Below, one piece after another: positions 1 to 9,947 of a DNA stretch of 64,000 nucleotides. The notes under the pieces are model-generated. The model worked only from the letters and a program-made list of their open reading frames with translations. It was not told the DNA's origin and did no database searches. The stretch covers positions 41-64,040 of the forward strand of contig JAOTXY010000010.1 of the NCBI GenBank assembly GCA_029862125.1. The letters run 5' to 3'. The first letter of the stretch is position 1. Each line of letters opens with the position of its first letter. The stretch is from Gammaproteobacteria bacterium (GTDB lineage: Bacteria; Pseudomonadota; Gammaproteobacteria; GCA-001735895). The position numbers and the translations under genes are program-made.

Positions 1-172
1 CAGCCGCCGACGTCAGTCGACAGCTTGAGACGCAGGTCGAAACCAGTATCGCGCGCAGGATCATCAGTGAAATCCTGCAGCAGGCTATCATCCGGGATGT
101 TTACCACGGTGGCCTGTGGCTTGAAATGACCGCGCAGCTCCAGCGCATGTGCCTGCTCAAAGTGCAGAGCCA
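1..172 (-). CDS. Partial hypothetical protein; N-terminal 57 codons, remainder lies beyond the window start
   Basis: Open frame on minus strand from ATG (complement of 170-172) to the window edge, translating MALHFEQAHALELRGHF... with no stops. Downstream of and co-oriented with the ABC ATPase gene. No recognisable domain. Confidence 0.25.
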
Positions 173-261
173 TGATTAACAGTGCTATTCCCGCGTAAGC
201 GGCGGTCTGAGGTATCGGAATGACAAGGCGAAGGCAGCAGGATTTGCTCCTAGTGTTCGAA

Positions 262-945
262 TTATTGCGCTTCATCGCCGATAATCTTGCCATCGCGCAT
301 CTTGATCAGGCGCTTCGCATAACTCATGACGCGTTTGTCGTGGGTGGAGATGATGAAGGTGATGCGGTGGTTTTCGTTCAATTCCTGAAACAAACCCATC
401 AGGTGCGCGGCGGAAACACTGTCGAGATTGGCGGTCGGTTCGTCGGCGAGCACCAGGTCGGGATGCGAGACAATCGCTCGCGCTACCGCTACGCGCTGCT
501 GCTGGCCGCCCGACAGTTGCGCCGGTCGCCGGTCTTCCATACCCTCGAGGCCGACCTCCTTGAGAATATCGAGTGCTTTTCGCGCTCGTTCTGCCACCGG
601 CACACCCTGAACCTCCATGACAAATTCTACGTTTTCCTGCGCCGACAACACCGGGATCAGGTTATAGGCCTGGAATACGAACCCGATGTGGTGCAGGCGC
701 ATGTCGGCTAACGGCCCGCGTTCGAGTTTATCGACCCGTATATCGCCCATGTGAATCTCGCCGCTGTCGGGCGTATCGAGCCCGCCAATCGCGTTCAGCA
801 GCGTGGTTTTGCCCGATCCCGAGGGCCCGGACAGGCAGACGAATTCACCCGTCTCGATGTCGAGGTCGATGTGATCTAGACCGGTAATGATCTCATCGCC
901 CTGTTTAAAGGTTTTACACAGTTGGCGGCAGCGGATGGCACTCAT
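262..945 (-). CDS. ABC transporter ATP-binding protein (LolD/MacB-type ATPase)
   Basis: Walker A motif [12 protein letters not shown] and ABC signature [14 protein letters not shown] in the translation. The ORF track extends to 999. The internal start MSAIRCRQL at 945 avoids a 44-nt overlap with the upstream permease, whose stop is at 956. Confidence 0.85.
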   Translation of the reverse strand: MSAIRCRQLCKTFKQGDEIITGLDHIDLDIETGEFVCLSGPSGSGKTTLLNAIGGLDTPDSGEIHMGDIRVDKLERGPLADMRLHHIGFVFQAYNLIPVLSAQENVEFVMEVQGVPVAERARKALDILKEVGLEGMEDRRPAQLSGGQQQRVAVARAIVSHPDLVLADEPTANLDSVSAAHLMGLFQELNENHRITFIISTHDKRVMSYAKRLIKMRDGKIIGDEAQ

Positions 946-955
946 GGAATTCGAC

Positions 956-2218
956 TCAGTGGGTGTTGAGCGCGCGTACCGGATCGAGCTGGGACGCACG
1001 CCAGGCGGGAAGAATGCTGGTCAGGATGCCGAGCAGGACGACGACAACGTTGGCCAGCAACACATCGTAAAGGGTCAGGCTGGGATAGATAACGCTGCCG
1101 ACACCCATCATCGCCATTCCCTCGGCGACGGCGGATAGGTCGAGTCCGCTCTCCAGCGGTTTGATCGTGACCAGCGCCAGCAGGTTGCCAAGCGCCAGGC
1201 CGATCAGCAGCAATAGCAGCGATTCGAGCAGGATCTGGTACAGGATCAGGCCCGGACGCATGCCAAGCGCCTGGATTAGACCGATTTCACGTACCCGCTC
1301 GAAGATGGCCATAACCAGCGTGTTAACCAGCCCGAAGGACAACGCGAGAAATATGATAATCACCCATACCAGGACAAAGCCGTCCATCAGGTTGAACATA
1401 GCCGCAAGATAGGTATCGATTTCGTACCAGGGTTTTACCTCGAGCCCGTCAGGTGTGGCTGCCTCGACTCTCCGATAGAGGGACTCGACGTCGCGATAGT
1501 CGTGGTCGACGAGCACGATCTGTGAAACCAGGCCTTCTATTTTCAACAGCTTTTGCAAAGTAGCACGCGCGGCAAAAACGTTAAATTCCTCCTGCGCGGC
1601 CAGCTCCGCCTGGTAGATGCCGACGATGCGGAATCCCCGTTCGGCGATATTATTGTCCGGATCCTGGCTCATAATGACAACACGTTTACCAAGCCGGGTT
1701 TCGAGTCGCTCGGCGAGTTTGGCGCCGATGATTACGCCCTTGTCCTGGTTCGATTCGAGGAATCGGCCAGCGGAAATCTGCGCCGGCAGTCCGGTGATAT
1801 CGGCTTCAGCCGCCGGCTCGATACCGATCAGATTGATGCCCCGGCTTTCGCGTTCGCTGGCGATGACCGCAGGCACCCGGATTCGGTTGGCCCAGCTACG
1901 GGTGCCGTTTTGCGTCAGTGCCGTTAGCAGTTCGCCTCCGGGTTCGCCGATACTGTTGACCACGCTCGGGTCGTCGAGAAAATCGGGATGCTGAATCTGG
2001 ATATGCCCGGGCAGGTTGCGAATGCCCTGGTTGAGCATGTCGTCGACCATGCCGCGCATCAGCGAGGTCATGAAAATCATCGCCCAGACCCCGACCGAGA
2101 TCGCGCCCAGCATGATCGCGGTGCGACGGTGATTGCGCCACAGGTTACGCCATGACAGCGTCAGGATGATTTTGAAATGACTACCGAGACCCGTCAACTC
2201 AGACCGCCCGCATCGCAT
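956..2218 (-). CDS. ABC transporter permease, FtsX/LolC/LolE family
   Basis: About 420 aa with an N-terminal TM helix, a large periplasmic domain and C-terminal TM helices. The N-terminal motif SWRNLWRNHRRT parallels the neighbouring paralog. The start is uncertain: ATG at 2218 overlaps the upstream gene, and an alternative TTG lies just after the upstream stop. Confidence 0.8.
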   Translation of the reverse strand: MRCGRSELTGLGSHFKIILTLSWRNLWRNHRRTAIMLGAISVGVWAMIFMTSLMRGMVDDMLNQGIRNLPGHIQIQHPDFLDDPSVVNSIGEPGGELLTALTQNGTRSWANRIRVPAVIASERESRGINLIGIEPAAEADITGLPAQISAGRFLESNQDKGVIIGAKLAERLETRLGKRVVIMSQDPDNNIAERGFRIVGIYQAELAAQEEFNVFAARATLQKLLKIEGLVSQIVLVDHDYRDVESLYRRVEAATPDGLEVKPWYEIDTYLAAMFNLMDGFVLVWVIIIFLALSFGLVNTLVMAIFERVREIGLIQALGMRPGLILYQILLESLLLLLIGLALGNLLALVTIKPLESGLDLSAVAEGMAMMGVGSVIYPSLTLYDVLLANVVVVLLGILTSILPAWRASQLDPVRALNTH

Positions 2219-3431
2219 CGATCGGCGTCAGCAGATATAGGCGCAGAGCCGGGTAGAGGGCTGCCAGCAGGCTGCCGATGGCGACCGCGGCAGGACCCAG
2301 CGTCATCGACAGGATGGTAAACGACGGATAGATACGCTCTGGCAGGTTAAATTTGAGCGCGACTTCGTCCATGCCAGGGTAGGAGAAACCGACACGGGCC
2401 ATGTAGAGATTAATCACCAGGCCGACGCCGATACCGAGTACCAGTCCCAGCGCGGTCATCAACCCGGTTTCTAGCATGACCAGTCGCGACAGCCGCGCCG
2501 GTTGCAGCCCCAGCGCCATCATGGTGCCGAACTCGCGGGTGCGTTCGAGCACCGACATCAGCTGCGTATTGAGCACGCTGAAGGCCACTAGCACGATCAA
2601 CACGATGTACATGAACGAATTACTGGCCATATCCGCCTGGATCGATTGGCGCAGGCCCGGCTGCAATTCATCCCAGTGACGCAGGCTCAGACTTTTGTCG
2701 GTATCCAGCAATTCACCGATTTGCCACTGCAGCGATTCGACGTCGTCGACATGCTGTGCGCGCACGGTCAGGCTGTGCCCGCGACCCTGCATTGCAAACA
2801 CGTCCTGGAAATAAGCGAGATCGACCTGCGCCAGCGCACGATCCAGGTCGGCGATGCCTGATTCGAATATGCCGACCACCGTGACGATGCCGGCGGCAAA
2901 AGAATCGTCGAAACCGCTGCCGATAAAAGTCAGTTCATCGCCTAGCCCAACCTTGAGATTGCGCGCCAGCACCGCACCGATGACAATTTCCCCGGGCATA
3001 CCGGGTTCGAGGTACCGGCCCTGCTTTACCAGCCCCGGCAACGTCGACACTAATGGCTCGTGCGCGGGATCGACGCCGATAATCTGCAGCCCGTAGGAAC
3101 GCTCGTTGCTCGACGCCAGGGCGAATCCGTCGGCGCGGGCGCTGATGCTGTCCAGGTCGAGTTCGCGCCGCAGGCGTTCGGCCAGTTCGGTGACATCGTC
3201 CAATGCGTAGCGCATTTTCGGTTCGTCGAGATAGCGGGGATGTTGCAGCTGCAGGTGCCCAGAATAAGCCTGCAGCGAATTGTCGATCATCATGTCGTAA
3301 CTGCCGAACTGCAACGACATCGCGAATATCAGCAGACCATTGGAAAAAATCATCGCGCCAACAGTAAGCCATGTGCGGCGCCAGTGGCGCCACAGGTTGC
3401 GCCACGCCATCCTTAGCGTCACATCCTTCAT
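2199..3431 (-). CDS. ABC transporter permease, FtsX/LolC/LolE family (paralog)
   Basis: N-terminus MKDVTLRMAWRNLWRHWRRT is typical of FtsX-family permeases. Membrane topology matches the family. A 4-nt overlap with the upstream gene suggests operon coupling. Confidence 0.85.
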   Translation of the reverse strand: MKDVTLRMAWRNLWRHWRRTWLTVGAMIFSNGLLIFAMSLQFGSYDMMIDNSLQAYSGHLQLQHPRYLDEPKMRYALDDVTELAERLRRELDLDSISARADGFALASSNERSYGLQIIGVDPAHEPLVSTLPGLVKQGRYLEPGMPGEIVIGAVLARNLKVGLGDELTFIGSGFDDSFAAGIVTVVGIFESGIADLDRALAQVDLAYFQDVFAMQGRGHSLTVRAQHVDDVESLQWQIGELLDTDKSLSLRHWDELQPGLRQSIQADMASNSFMYIVLIVLVAFSVLNTQLMSVLERTREFGTMMALGLQPARLSRLVMLETGLMTALGLVLGIGVGLVINLYMARVGFSYPGMDEVALKFNLPERIYPSFTILSMTLGPAAVAIGSLLAALYPALRLYLLTPIDAMRAV

Positions 3432-4222
3432 TGCCGTGGATTCCGCAAGTTGGACAGGGTAAATAAATTGGCGTCCAACTCGATGTCGAAATCGATGTCA
3501 TCGACAATCATCTCGGTCCATTCGTCTGGTGTTTCGAGTTTGTACATGCGCATGCGTGATGCAATGGTACGGTCGTCCATGATTGTGATCTCGGTCGCCT
3601 CCATTTCCTTGACCAGGATGTCATCCTGGTCCCAGAATTCCTGGCGCAACAAGATGAAGTCGTCGCGGATGGAGACGATTTCCTTACCCCAGACTACCGC
3701 GGCCTCCTCGTGCGGGATCGATTCGATGGTATAGACAACATGATCGCCCAGGTCTTCGCTTTTGAGCAGGCGATGGTCGTATTGATCGATGATATCGGTC
3801 GATTTGCTGATGTCCTTGTTGGAAAAATCGCTGCCCATCCAGCTCTGGTTCATCATCGAGGACGGTACCTTGAGGATGCGATTAATTTTCGGTGAAAAAG
3901 TCCACATACTCTGATCCTTGACCAGGGTACCGTTGCCAGCGTCGCGCTTTGGTTCGGTAACCCGCACCAGCGACAGCTTGTCGCCCTCGGTCCAGGCCTG
4001 CATCGAAAAGCTGCGTTCCCAGTCACTGCGGTGGATCGTCATCGTCATCTCGGAATAGGAAGTCACGCCGCGCCAGTGTTCCATCGCCGCACGAATCAGT
4101 TCACGCGGGCCCGGGGCCGGCACTTCGGTTGCCAATGTGGAAGACGAGACGGCCAGTAAACCGAGCAATAGCAGGCTGCAAAAAAGAACTTTAGTGTTCT
4201 GTTTAAATATTTTTGTTGCCAT
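3428..4222 (-). CDS. Outer-membrane lipoprotein-sorting protein (LolA-like family) with signal peptide
   Basis: Signal peptide LLLLGLLAVSSSTLA. It is the first gene of an operon with two FtsX permeases and an ABC ATPase, a conserved four-gene arrangement. Size (264 aa) fits the LolA-like family. Confidence 0.6.
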   Translation of the reverse strand: MATKIFKQNTKVLFCSLLLLGLLAVSSSTLATEVPAPGPRELIRAAMEHWRGVTSYSEMTMTIHRSDWERSFSMQAWTEGDKLSLVRVTEPKRDAGNGTLVKDQSMWTFSPKINRILKVPSSMMNQSWMGSDFSNKDISKSTDIIDQYDHRLLKSEDLGDHVVYTIESIPHEEAAVVWGKEIVSIRDDFILLRQEFWDQDDILVKEMEATEITIMDDRTIASRMRMYKLETPDEWTEMIVDDIDFDIELDANLFTLSNLRNPRQ

Positions 4223-4458
4223 TCCGGGCGACCTCTCCTTTACCCAGGTTACAATTGTTGGGTGTTATATCGCGCAATACTATCAGCCTAACAGGCTTAT
4301 ATTTACCGTTCCTTAACAGGGCCATAGCTGCGTCTAGTACTATGCGTGGTTTTAGCGCACTGTCCTTGAGCCAGATCAATCCATTTTCGCTAAGCTTTGC
4401 TAGATTTTCGGGCCGACGGGAGTATATTGGTGCCAAAATAGCCGAGGATCACACCACC

Positions 4459-4782
4459 ATGAACAATGAAGTCAAAGATAACCTGAAAAGCCAGTCCACC
4501 TGGAAACGCGGTTTATACATGCTGCTGTACATCATCTTTTCCAGGCTCGCCGAGATCGTACTGGGCTTCGTCGTCCTGTTTCAGTTTTTACTCAAACTGT
4601 TCACCGGCGAGACCAACGAGCGACTGCTTAAACTTGGACAGGGGCTGAGCACATATGTCTATCAAACCTTCCAGTTCCTGACTTTTAATTCTGAATACCA
4701 TCCCTACCCGTTTGGCGCCTGGCCGAAAGGTGAACCCAAGCCAGCAAAAATATCCGATCAAAGCGAAGCCGCGGATGGTTAA
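4459..4782 (+). CDS. Small membrane protein, DUF4389-like
   Basis: ATG at 4459 (MNNEVKDNLKS) followed by two hydrophobic helices (LYMLLYIIFSRLAEIVLGFVVLFQFLL). The upstream part of the listed ORF looks like non-coding promoter region, AT-richer and divergent from the lol-like operon. Confidence 0.5.
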   Translation: MNNEVKDNLKSQSTWKRGLYMLLYIIFSRLAEIVLGFVVLFQFLLKLFTGETNERLLKLGQGLSTYVYQTFQFLTFNSEYHPYPFGAWPKGEPKPAKISDQSEAADG

Positions 4783-4788
4783 CCGTTC

Positions 4789-5910
4789 ATGAAGGGTCTG
4801 AGAAATTTTGCCAGAATCCTTATTTTGTTCCCGGCCCTCGCTGTATCCTGTGCCTCATTTGCTGACTCAGATGCTGGGGAAACGGTAACCAAGCGCGGCA
4901 ACATCGACGACGATTATTACTCGGCTGGCGGCGTTGTCGATATCGATGCCGTGGTCGCGGGTGACGTCATCGTTGCGGGCGGCGAACTTTATATCGGCCA
5001 TCTGATCGAAGGCGATGTCATCGCCGCCGGCGGTACCCTCAAAATTCGAGGCGAGATAAAGGACGATATTCGTGCTAGCGGCGGGGATCTCAACATCGAT
5101 GCCATTATCGGCGACGATCTCGCTGCGGCCGGCGGTTCGATAACCCTGTCACCGGGAGTAACTGTCGGCGGTGATGCCTGGCTGGCCGGTGGTGAAGTCC
5201 ACATCGCTGGCACAATTCTCGGCAACCTGAAAGTAACCGGCGGCGATATTCGTCTATCCGGGACGGTTCATGGTGACGTCGAGCTAGAAGGTGGGGAAAT
5301 TCAAATCCTCGATAGTGCACGGATCGACGGGGAGCTGACCTACAAAAGCCCGCGCCAGGCGACGACCGGTGCGGATGCGGTAATTTCCGGGGGAATCACC
5401 CACCAACCGGTGGACTGGGATTACGCCGACCGTGGCTATGGACTGGTTTTCTCGATCACCCTGATGGTAGCCGCTGTCCTGTTCTACCTGTTTTTCCCGC
5501 ACTACACGCTAGTGTCGGTTAAGCGTATAGGTTCCGATCCGTGGAGCAGCCTGGGACTGGGATTCATTTTCGTCGTGGCTACGCCATTGGTTGCCTTTAT
5601 CCTGATGCTGATTGTGCTCGGTTTGTGGGTTGGTCTGAGTATGCTGGCGCTTTACTGTGTGGCCCTGTTATCGGGATTCCTGATCGCCTGTTTCTTTGTC
5701 GCTGAACGGGGCGCGAGGCTTATCAAGCAGGATATCTCCTCGCGGGGACGCCGCCTGATTTCGGTCATCGTGGTAATTTTTGTACTCGGGTTAATCCAGA
5801 TGATTCCGTTCCTCGGTGGCCTGATCCTGTTTCTGTTGCTGCTGCTTGGTCTTGGTGCCGGATTGATACAGTTGCGTTACGTTTACCGGCCAGCTGAATC
5901 GGGATCATAA
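4789..5910 (+). CDS. Secreted beta-helix (bactofilin/DUF4097-like) repeat protein with C-terminal polytopic membrane domain
   Basis: Signal peptide LILFPALAVSCASFA. About 180 aa of repeated G-D-V/I-x-x-AGG beta-helical motifs (GDVIVAGGELYIG, GDVIAAGGTLKIRG, GDLNIDAIIGDDLAAAGG...). These are followed by four or five hydrophobic TM helices. It lies 7 nt downstream of the DUF4389 gene. Confidence 0.5.
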   Translation: MKGLRNFARILILFPALAVSCASFADSDAGETVTKRGNIDDDYYSAGGVVDIDAVVAGDVIVAGGELYIGHLIEGDVIAAGGTLKIRGEIKDDIRASGGDLNIDAIIGDDLAAAGGSITLSPGVTVGGDAWLAGGEVHIAGTILGNLKVTGGDIRLSGTVHGDVELEGGEIQILDSARIDGELTYKSPRQATTGADAVISGGITHQPVDWDYADRGYGLVFSITLMVAAVLFYLFFPHYTLVSVKRIGSDPWSSLGLGFIFVVATPLVAFILMLIVLGLWVGLSMLALYCVALLSGFLIACFFVAERGARLIKQDISSRGRRLISVIVVIFVLGLIQMIPFLGGLILFLLLLLGLGAGLIQLRYVYRPAESGS

Positions 5911-6830
5911 ATTTGCAGGCACTCGGGCTCGCGTCCGCGGACGACCCGTTTTCCTTTTAATTTGCCGTGCGTCTCGGTGACTACCGTATGTTGCCCTTCA
6001 CGGTGATGGTCGTCGTAAAAGTATATCACTACCCAATCGTGGACCCGGTTAAGATTGTGCGCCCGCGCCGTATTTGAATATAGCGCGGTGAAGTGCCAGT
6101 GATCGTAAGTGGTATGCAGGATCGGCAGCCAGGCCTTGTTTCGAGGATTGAAACGTCTCGGCGTAATCGCCGGCAAACTGCCAACCCTGGCCTTGGCACG
6201 GTACTCTTCGTCGACCTTTAGTATCAGTGTGACGTCAGGCATAACATCGTCTTGCCGCATTGGTTCGGGCCTGCGGCGCTGCTGATCGAGATGTTGCTGG
6301 AGCCAGCTCTCGATCGCTTCGCGACGCTTGGTGCCGAGGCCCTCGACCCTGGCGAGCTGACCACCGCGCACCGCGTTCTCAAGTGCTTCGAGACTTTCAA
6401 CATGCAAGGTGTCATGGATGCGTTCCGCCAGTGCCCTGCCAACCGTTGGAATCGAACGAAACAGGGCTACCGGATCGGCTGCACCCTTGAGATTCTCGAG
6501 GCGAGACATGCGACCGGTGGCAATGTACTCGTAGATTGAGCGCGCGATCCCCTCACCGATGCCGGGTAGAGCGATAAGGCCCTGTATGCCTTCTGCCTGC
6601 ATCAGTTCGGCAATGTTTTGCGGCATATTGTCCAGCGTATCGGCGGCGTGCAGGTAAGCGTTGCAGCGAAACGGGTTGGCATGCTGCGTATTAAGTAGTG
6701 CTGCTATTTCACGAAGTTTATTGGCCACTTCGTGGTTGAAGGCGTGCATCGTGCATTCCGCTCTATGTGCCTTGTTAAGGCAAAAATTATAATGCGATGA
6801 CTCAAAAAAGGTTTGATCTGAATCATCCAC
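5883..6830 (-). CDS. Helix-hairpin-helix DNA-binding domain protein (Pol X N-terminal-like)
   Basis: GIQGLIALPGIGEGIARSI and EGLGTKRREAI HhH-type motifs. The C-terminal approximately 120 aa (HDWVVIYFYDDHHREGQHTV...) has no recognised domain. The start is ambiguous (ATG 6830 or MHAFNH at 6749). The 3' end overlaps the convergent gene by 28 bp. Confidence 0.45.
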   Translation of the reverse strand: MDDSDQTFFESSHYNFCLNKAHRAECTMHAFNHEVANKLREIAALLNTQHANPFRCNAYLHAADTLDNMPQNIAELMQAEGIQGLIALPGIGEGIARSIYEYIATGRMSRLENLKGAADPVALFRSIPTVGRALAERIHDTLHVESLEALENAVRGGQLARVEGLGTKRREAIESWLQQHLDQQRRRPEPMRQDDVMPDVTLILKVDEEYRAKARVGSLPAITPRRFNPRNKAWLPILHTTYDHWHFTALYSNTARAHNLNRVHDWVVIYFYDDHHREGQHTVVTETHGKLKGKRVVRGREPECLQIYDPDSAGR

Positions 6831-6970
6831 ATAGGCGATAACAGGCGCGTTGAATCAACCTGGTAATGCGATGAAATTATATTAATGTATGGAATTGTTC
6901 GTTTGCCGGCAGATGTGCCCGGTAAAAAGTGTGAAGCAGATGCGTTTGATTCAGATTTGATTCAGGTAAA

Positions 6971-8620
6971 ATGGCCTATGATTATCAATCCTCAGCTTTT
7001 GGGCTATGCGCGCTGATGGCAAACGACACGTCATTTGATCTCCATGGAATCCTCGGTAGATTGCAGAATCGTCGTGAGTTTCTGCAATTGTTCGGCAAGG
7101 GCCTGGGATATAGCGCCCTGGCTACGGTATTGCCGGCCTGTGGCGGGAGTAGCTCGGGTTCTTCCGACGAGCCGTTACCACCGCAAACAATTGTCATTCC
7201 GAAAGCCAGTCCCGAATACACCGCGCTTAAACGCACAAGCTTCGGTCCCCACCGGGACGAGTTGGCGTCGATAAAAACTCTCGGTATCACCAACTATCTA
7301 GAGCAACAACTCAATCCGGTCGATGAGCCAGCCCTTGAAGCCGAGATAGCAAGTAGTTTTCCGCTGACGTTGAAATCCCCGGCGGAATTGATCCAGGATT
7401 TTCCGGACAATATTTTCGACGTGGCAACTCAGATGATTGCGGCGACCCAGTATCGCCAGATGTTCAGCCAGCGCCAGCTATTTGAAATCATGGTCGAATT
7501 CTGGAGCGATCATTTCAACATCCACCTGGTCAACGGTCTCGGCCCGACACTGAAACCCGACGATGACCAGCAGGTAATTCGAGAGCATGCGTTGGGAAAC
7601 TTTCGCGACTTGCTGCATGCTTCGGCGAAGAGCTCGGCGATGTTGTTCTATCTGGATAACTTTATAAATCAGGCGGGTCCGGACGGTGCTAATGAAAACT
7701 ACGCGCGCGAATTGATGGAGTTGCATACGCTCGGCGTTGATGGCGGTTATACCGAGTTTGATGTTAAAGAGGTTGCACGTTGCTTTACTGGCTGGACATT
7801 GCGCTTTCCGGGAGATCCGGGCGGTAACTACGGTGAGTTCGTGTACGTCGATGCGATTCATGACAACCAGGCCAAGCTGGTGCTTGGCAATACGATTGCC
7901 ATGGGTGGCGGGCAAGCGGATGGAGAACAGGTACTCGATATTCTGTTTTCGCATCCTTCCACGGCGAACTTCATCGCCACCAAGCTTTGCCGCCGCTTTA
8001 TAAGTGATACCCCATCTCAGGCAGCAGTTGACGCGGTAGCCGCTGCGTTCACGAATTCAAATGGGGAAATCAAGGATACCTTGCGCGCACTATTTGCGAC
8101 TGCAGACTTCCTCGGTGATGCTGATCAGAAATTTACCCGTCCGAGTGAATACCTGGCAACCCTGGTAAGGTCACTGGCTCCTGATACCGGTTACCCACCT
8201 GATAAGGGCACGACCTGGTTTTATGCACAGAATACCCTCGGGCAGATACCGTTTTACTGGCCGACCCCCGATGGCTACCCGGACCAACAAAGTTACTGGG
8301 CGAGTACCGGTGGCTTGCTGAATCGCTGGCGCCTGTCTTTCCTCAGCTTTGCCGGCATTATTCCGGGTGTCGACGTAATCGACGTCGATTACACGACGAT
8401 GCTAAATGGGGCTAACACGCTTGAGACGGTGGTTGATACGATCACCGATGCCGTATTGATGCGTCCGCTATCGAGCGACGATCGCAGCACCATCGTGGAA
8501 TGGCTCAAAGGGGAACTAGGGGTAACAGAGCAAGAGCTGTTGCCAGCCACTGTACCTGAACAGGCATCTGCGCTGGTTGCGGCGGTGCTGGTCAGCTCGG
8601 TTTATTTTCACCTGCGCTAG
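6971..8620 (+). CDS. DUF1800 family protein (Tat/lipoprotein-type signal)
   Basis: RREFLQLFGKGLGYSALATVLPACGG Tat-like signal with a lipobox Cys. Length of about 550 aa and immediate pairing with a DUF1501 gene are characteristic of the conserved DUF1800-DUF1501 pair. Confidence 0.6.
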   Translation: MAYDYQSSAFGLCALMANDTSFDLHGILGRLQNRREFLQLFGKGLGYSALATVLPACGGSSSGSSDEPLPPQTIVIPKASPEYTALKRTSFGPHRDELASIKTLGITNYLEQQLNPVDEPALEAEIASSFPLTLKSPAELIQDFPDNIFDVATQMIAATQYRQMFSQRQLFEIMVEFWSDHFNIHLVNGLGPTLKPDDDQQVIREHALGNFRDLLHASAKSSAMLFYLDNFINQAGPDGANENYARELMELHTLGVDGGYTEFDVKEVARCFTGWTLRFPGDPGGNYGEFVYVDAIHDNQAKLVLGNTIAMGGGQADGEQVLDILFSHPSTANFIATKLCRRFISDTPSQAAVDAVAAAFTNSNGEIKDTLRALFATADFLGDADQKFTRPSEYLATLVRSLAPDTGYPPDKGTTWFYAQNTLGQIPFYWPTPDGYPDQQSYWASTGGLLNRWRLSFLSFAGIIPGVDVIDVDYTTMLNGANTLETVVDTITDAVLMRPLSSDDRSTIVEWLKGELGVTEQELLPATVPEQASALVAAVLVSSVYFHLR

Positions 8621-8629
8621 GAGTGCCCG

Positions 8630-9823
8630 TTGTTGACTGAAAACACGATAGCCGCCCATCCAGATATACCCGATGATAGGGATATCCTGGTTTGTATTTT
8701 TCAGCGCGGCGCGGCCGATGGCTTAAATGCGTTGGTGCCCTATTTTGATTCAGACTACTACGCTCATCGTACGTCGATCGCGGTGCCGGCACCGGACCCA
8801 TTGGACCCGCTTAATCTCAATAATGGTATACCGCTTACCAATTACTTTGACACGGTTCCGAATGGCTATGCGCTGCACCCGGCACTGCAGCTTATGGAAC
8901 AGGTTTACCTTGATGGTAATCTCGCGCTGGTGCACGCGACGGGGGTGCCGCACCAGATTCGTTCACATTTTTCTGCACAAAACCTGATCGAACGCGGGGT
9001 GATTGAAAAAACCGGTCCCAGTACCGGCTGGCTTGGTAGGCACCTGGCGTTTAGTTCACCGGCGACCGGTTCGGCGTTTCGCGCGATTTCGATCAGCGGT
9101 AACGTGCCAGTCGCGCTTGGCGGCGCGATAGAACCACTGGCGATCGATAACTTGAACGATTTCGGTTTTGATCAGGGTATCCTCGATTCGGGTTATCCGC
9201 AGGTGCTCACCGATTTGTTTCGCAACCCGATTCCCTTCTCCGGGCCTGCCGAGGCGGCACTCGCTGCAATGGATGAATTGCAGGCTGCAAACATTCCACC
9301 CGTCAATCAACCCTCCGACGCGGGTTATCCGAATACCGTGCTGGGCGGCAAACTGTTGCAGGCCGCACAACTGATTAAATCAAATATACCGGTTGAGGTT
9401 GTCTGCATTGATTCAGACGGTTGGGATCATCACCAGAATCTGCCGACCTATATCGGCCCGTCACTCACGGAACTAGCCGGTGCATTGCGTGCATTTTATG
9501 ACGACATGGGTCCTACCACCGGCATGCAACGCATCACGGTGCTGGTCTATACCGAGTTCGGGCGTCGAATCAAGCAAAACGGATCGCAAGGGACTGACCA
9601 TGGTACTGCAAGCTTGGCCTATTTGATGGGTGGTGGAGTCAATGGCGGCCAGGTCATTAGCGACTGGCCCGGGCTCGATATTGGTCAAAACGAGGATCTT
9701 CAAATTACCACCGATCTGCGGACGGTGATTACAGAAATGCTGGATAAGCGTCTCGGCGGCACCGATGTAGGAATCGTTTTTCCGGGATTTACAGTTCCCA
9801 CTTACGTAAACGCGTTTATATAA
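8630..9823 (+). CDS. DUF1501 family protein (sulfatase/alkaline-phosphatase-like fold)
   Basis: About 397 aa, 9 nt downstream of the DUF1800 gene. Motifs GAADGLN and DHHQN, and the SQGTDHGTAS metal-ligand-like motif, are typical of DUF1501. Confidence 0.6.
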   Translation: MLTENTIAAHPDIPDDRDILVCIFQRGAADGLNALVPYFDSDYYAHRTSIAVPAPDPLDPLNLNNGIPLTNYFDTVPNGYALHPALQLMEQVYLDGNLALVHATGVPHQIRSHFSAQNLIERGVIEKTGPSTGWLGRHLAFSSPATGSAFRAISISGNVPVALGGAIEPLAIDNLNDFGFDQGILDSGYPQVLTDLFRNPIPFSGPAEAALAAMDELQAANIPPVNQPSDAGYPNTVLGGKLLQAAQLIKSNIPVEVVCIDSDGWDHHQNLPTYIGPSLTELAGALRAFYDDMGPTTGMQRITVLVYTEFGRRIKQNGSQGTDHGTASLAYLMGGGVNGGQVISDWPGLDIGQNEDLQITTDLRTVITEMLDKRLGGTDVGIVFPGFTVPTYVNAFI

Positions 9824-9947
9824 GCCTGTTTTTAAGCTGGCCAATAGTCTTTATTAAACCTTGATTGCAGGCGGGTGTTTGCCTTGTGAATCACTACCGG
9901 CATGGCTATGATGCCTGGTCTAAGAAATTGAAAATACGAGGTTTGTC

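Noticed and set aside
220-711. 163-aa plus-strand ORF, together with several other plus-strand ORFs from 428 to 2141
   Set aside because: They lie entirely antisense to well-supported ABC ATPase and permease genes, in a high-GC background that generates long shadow ORFs. They show no RBS or domain signal.
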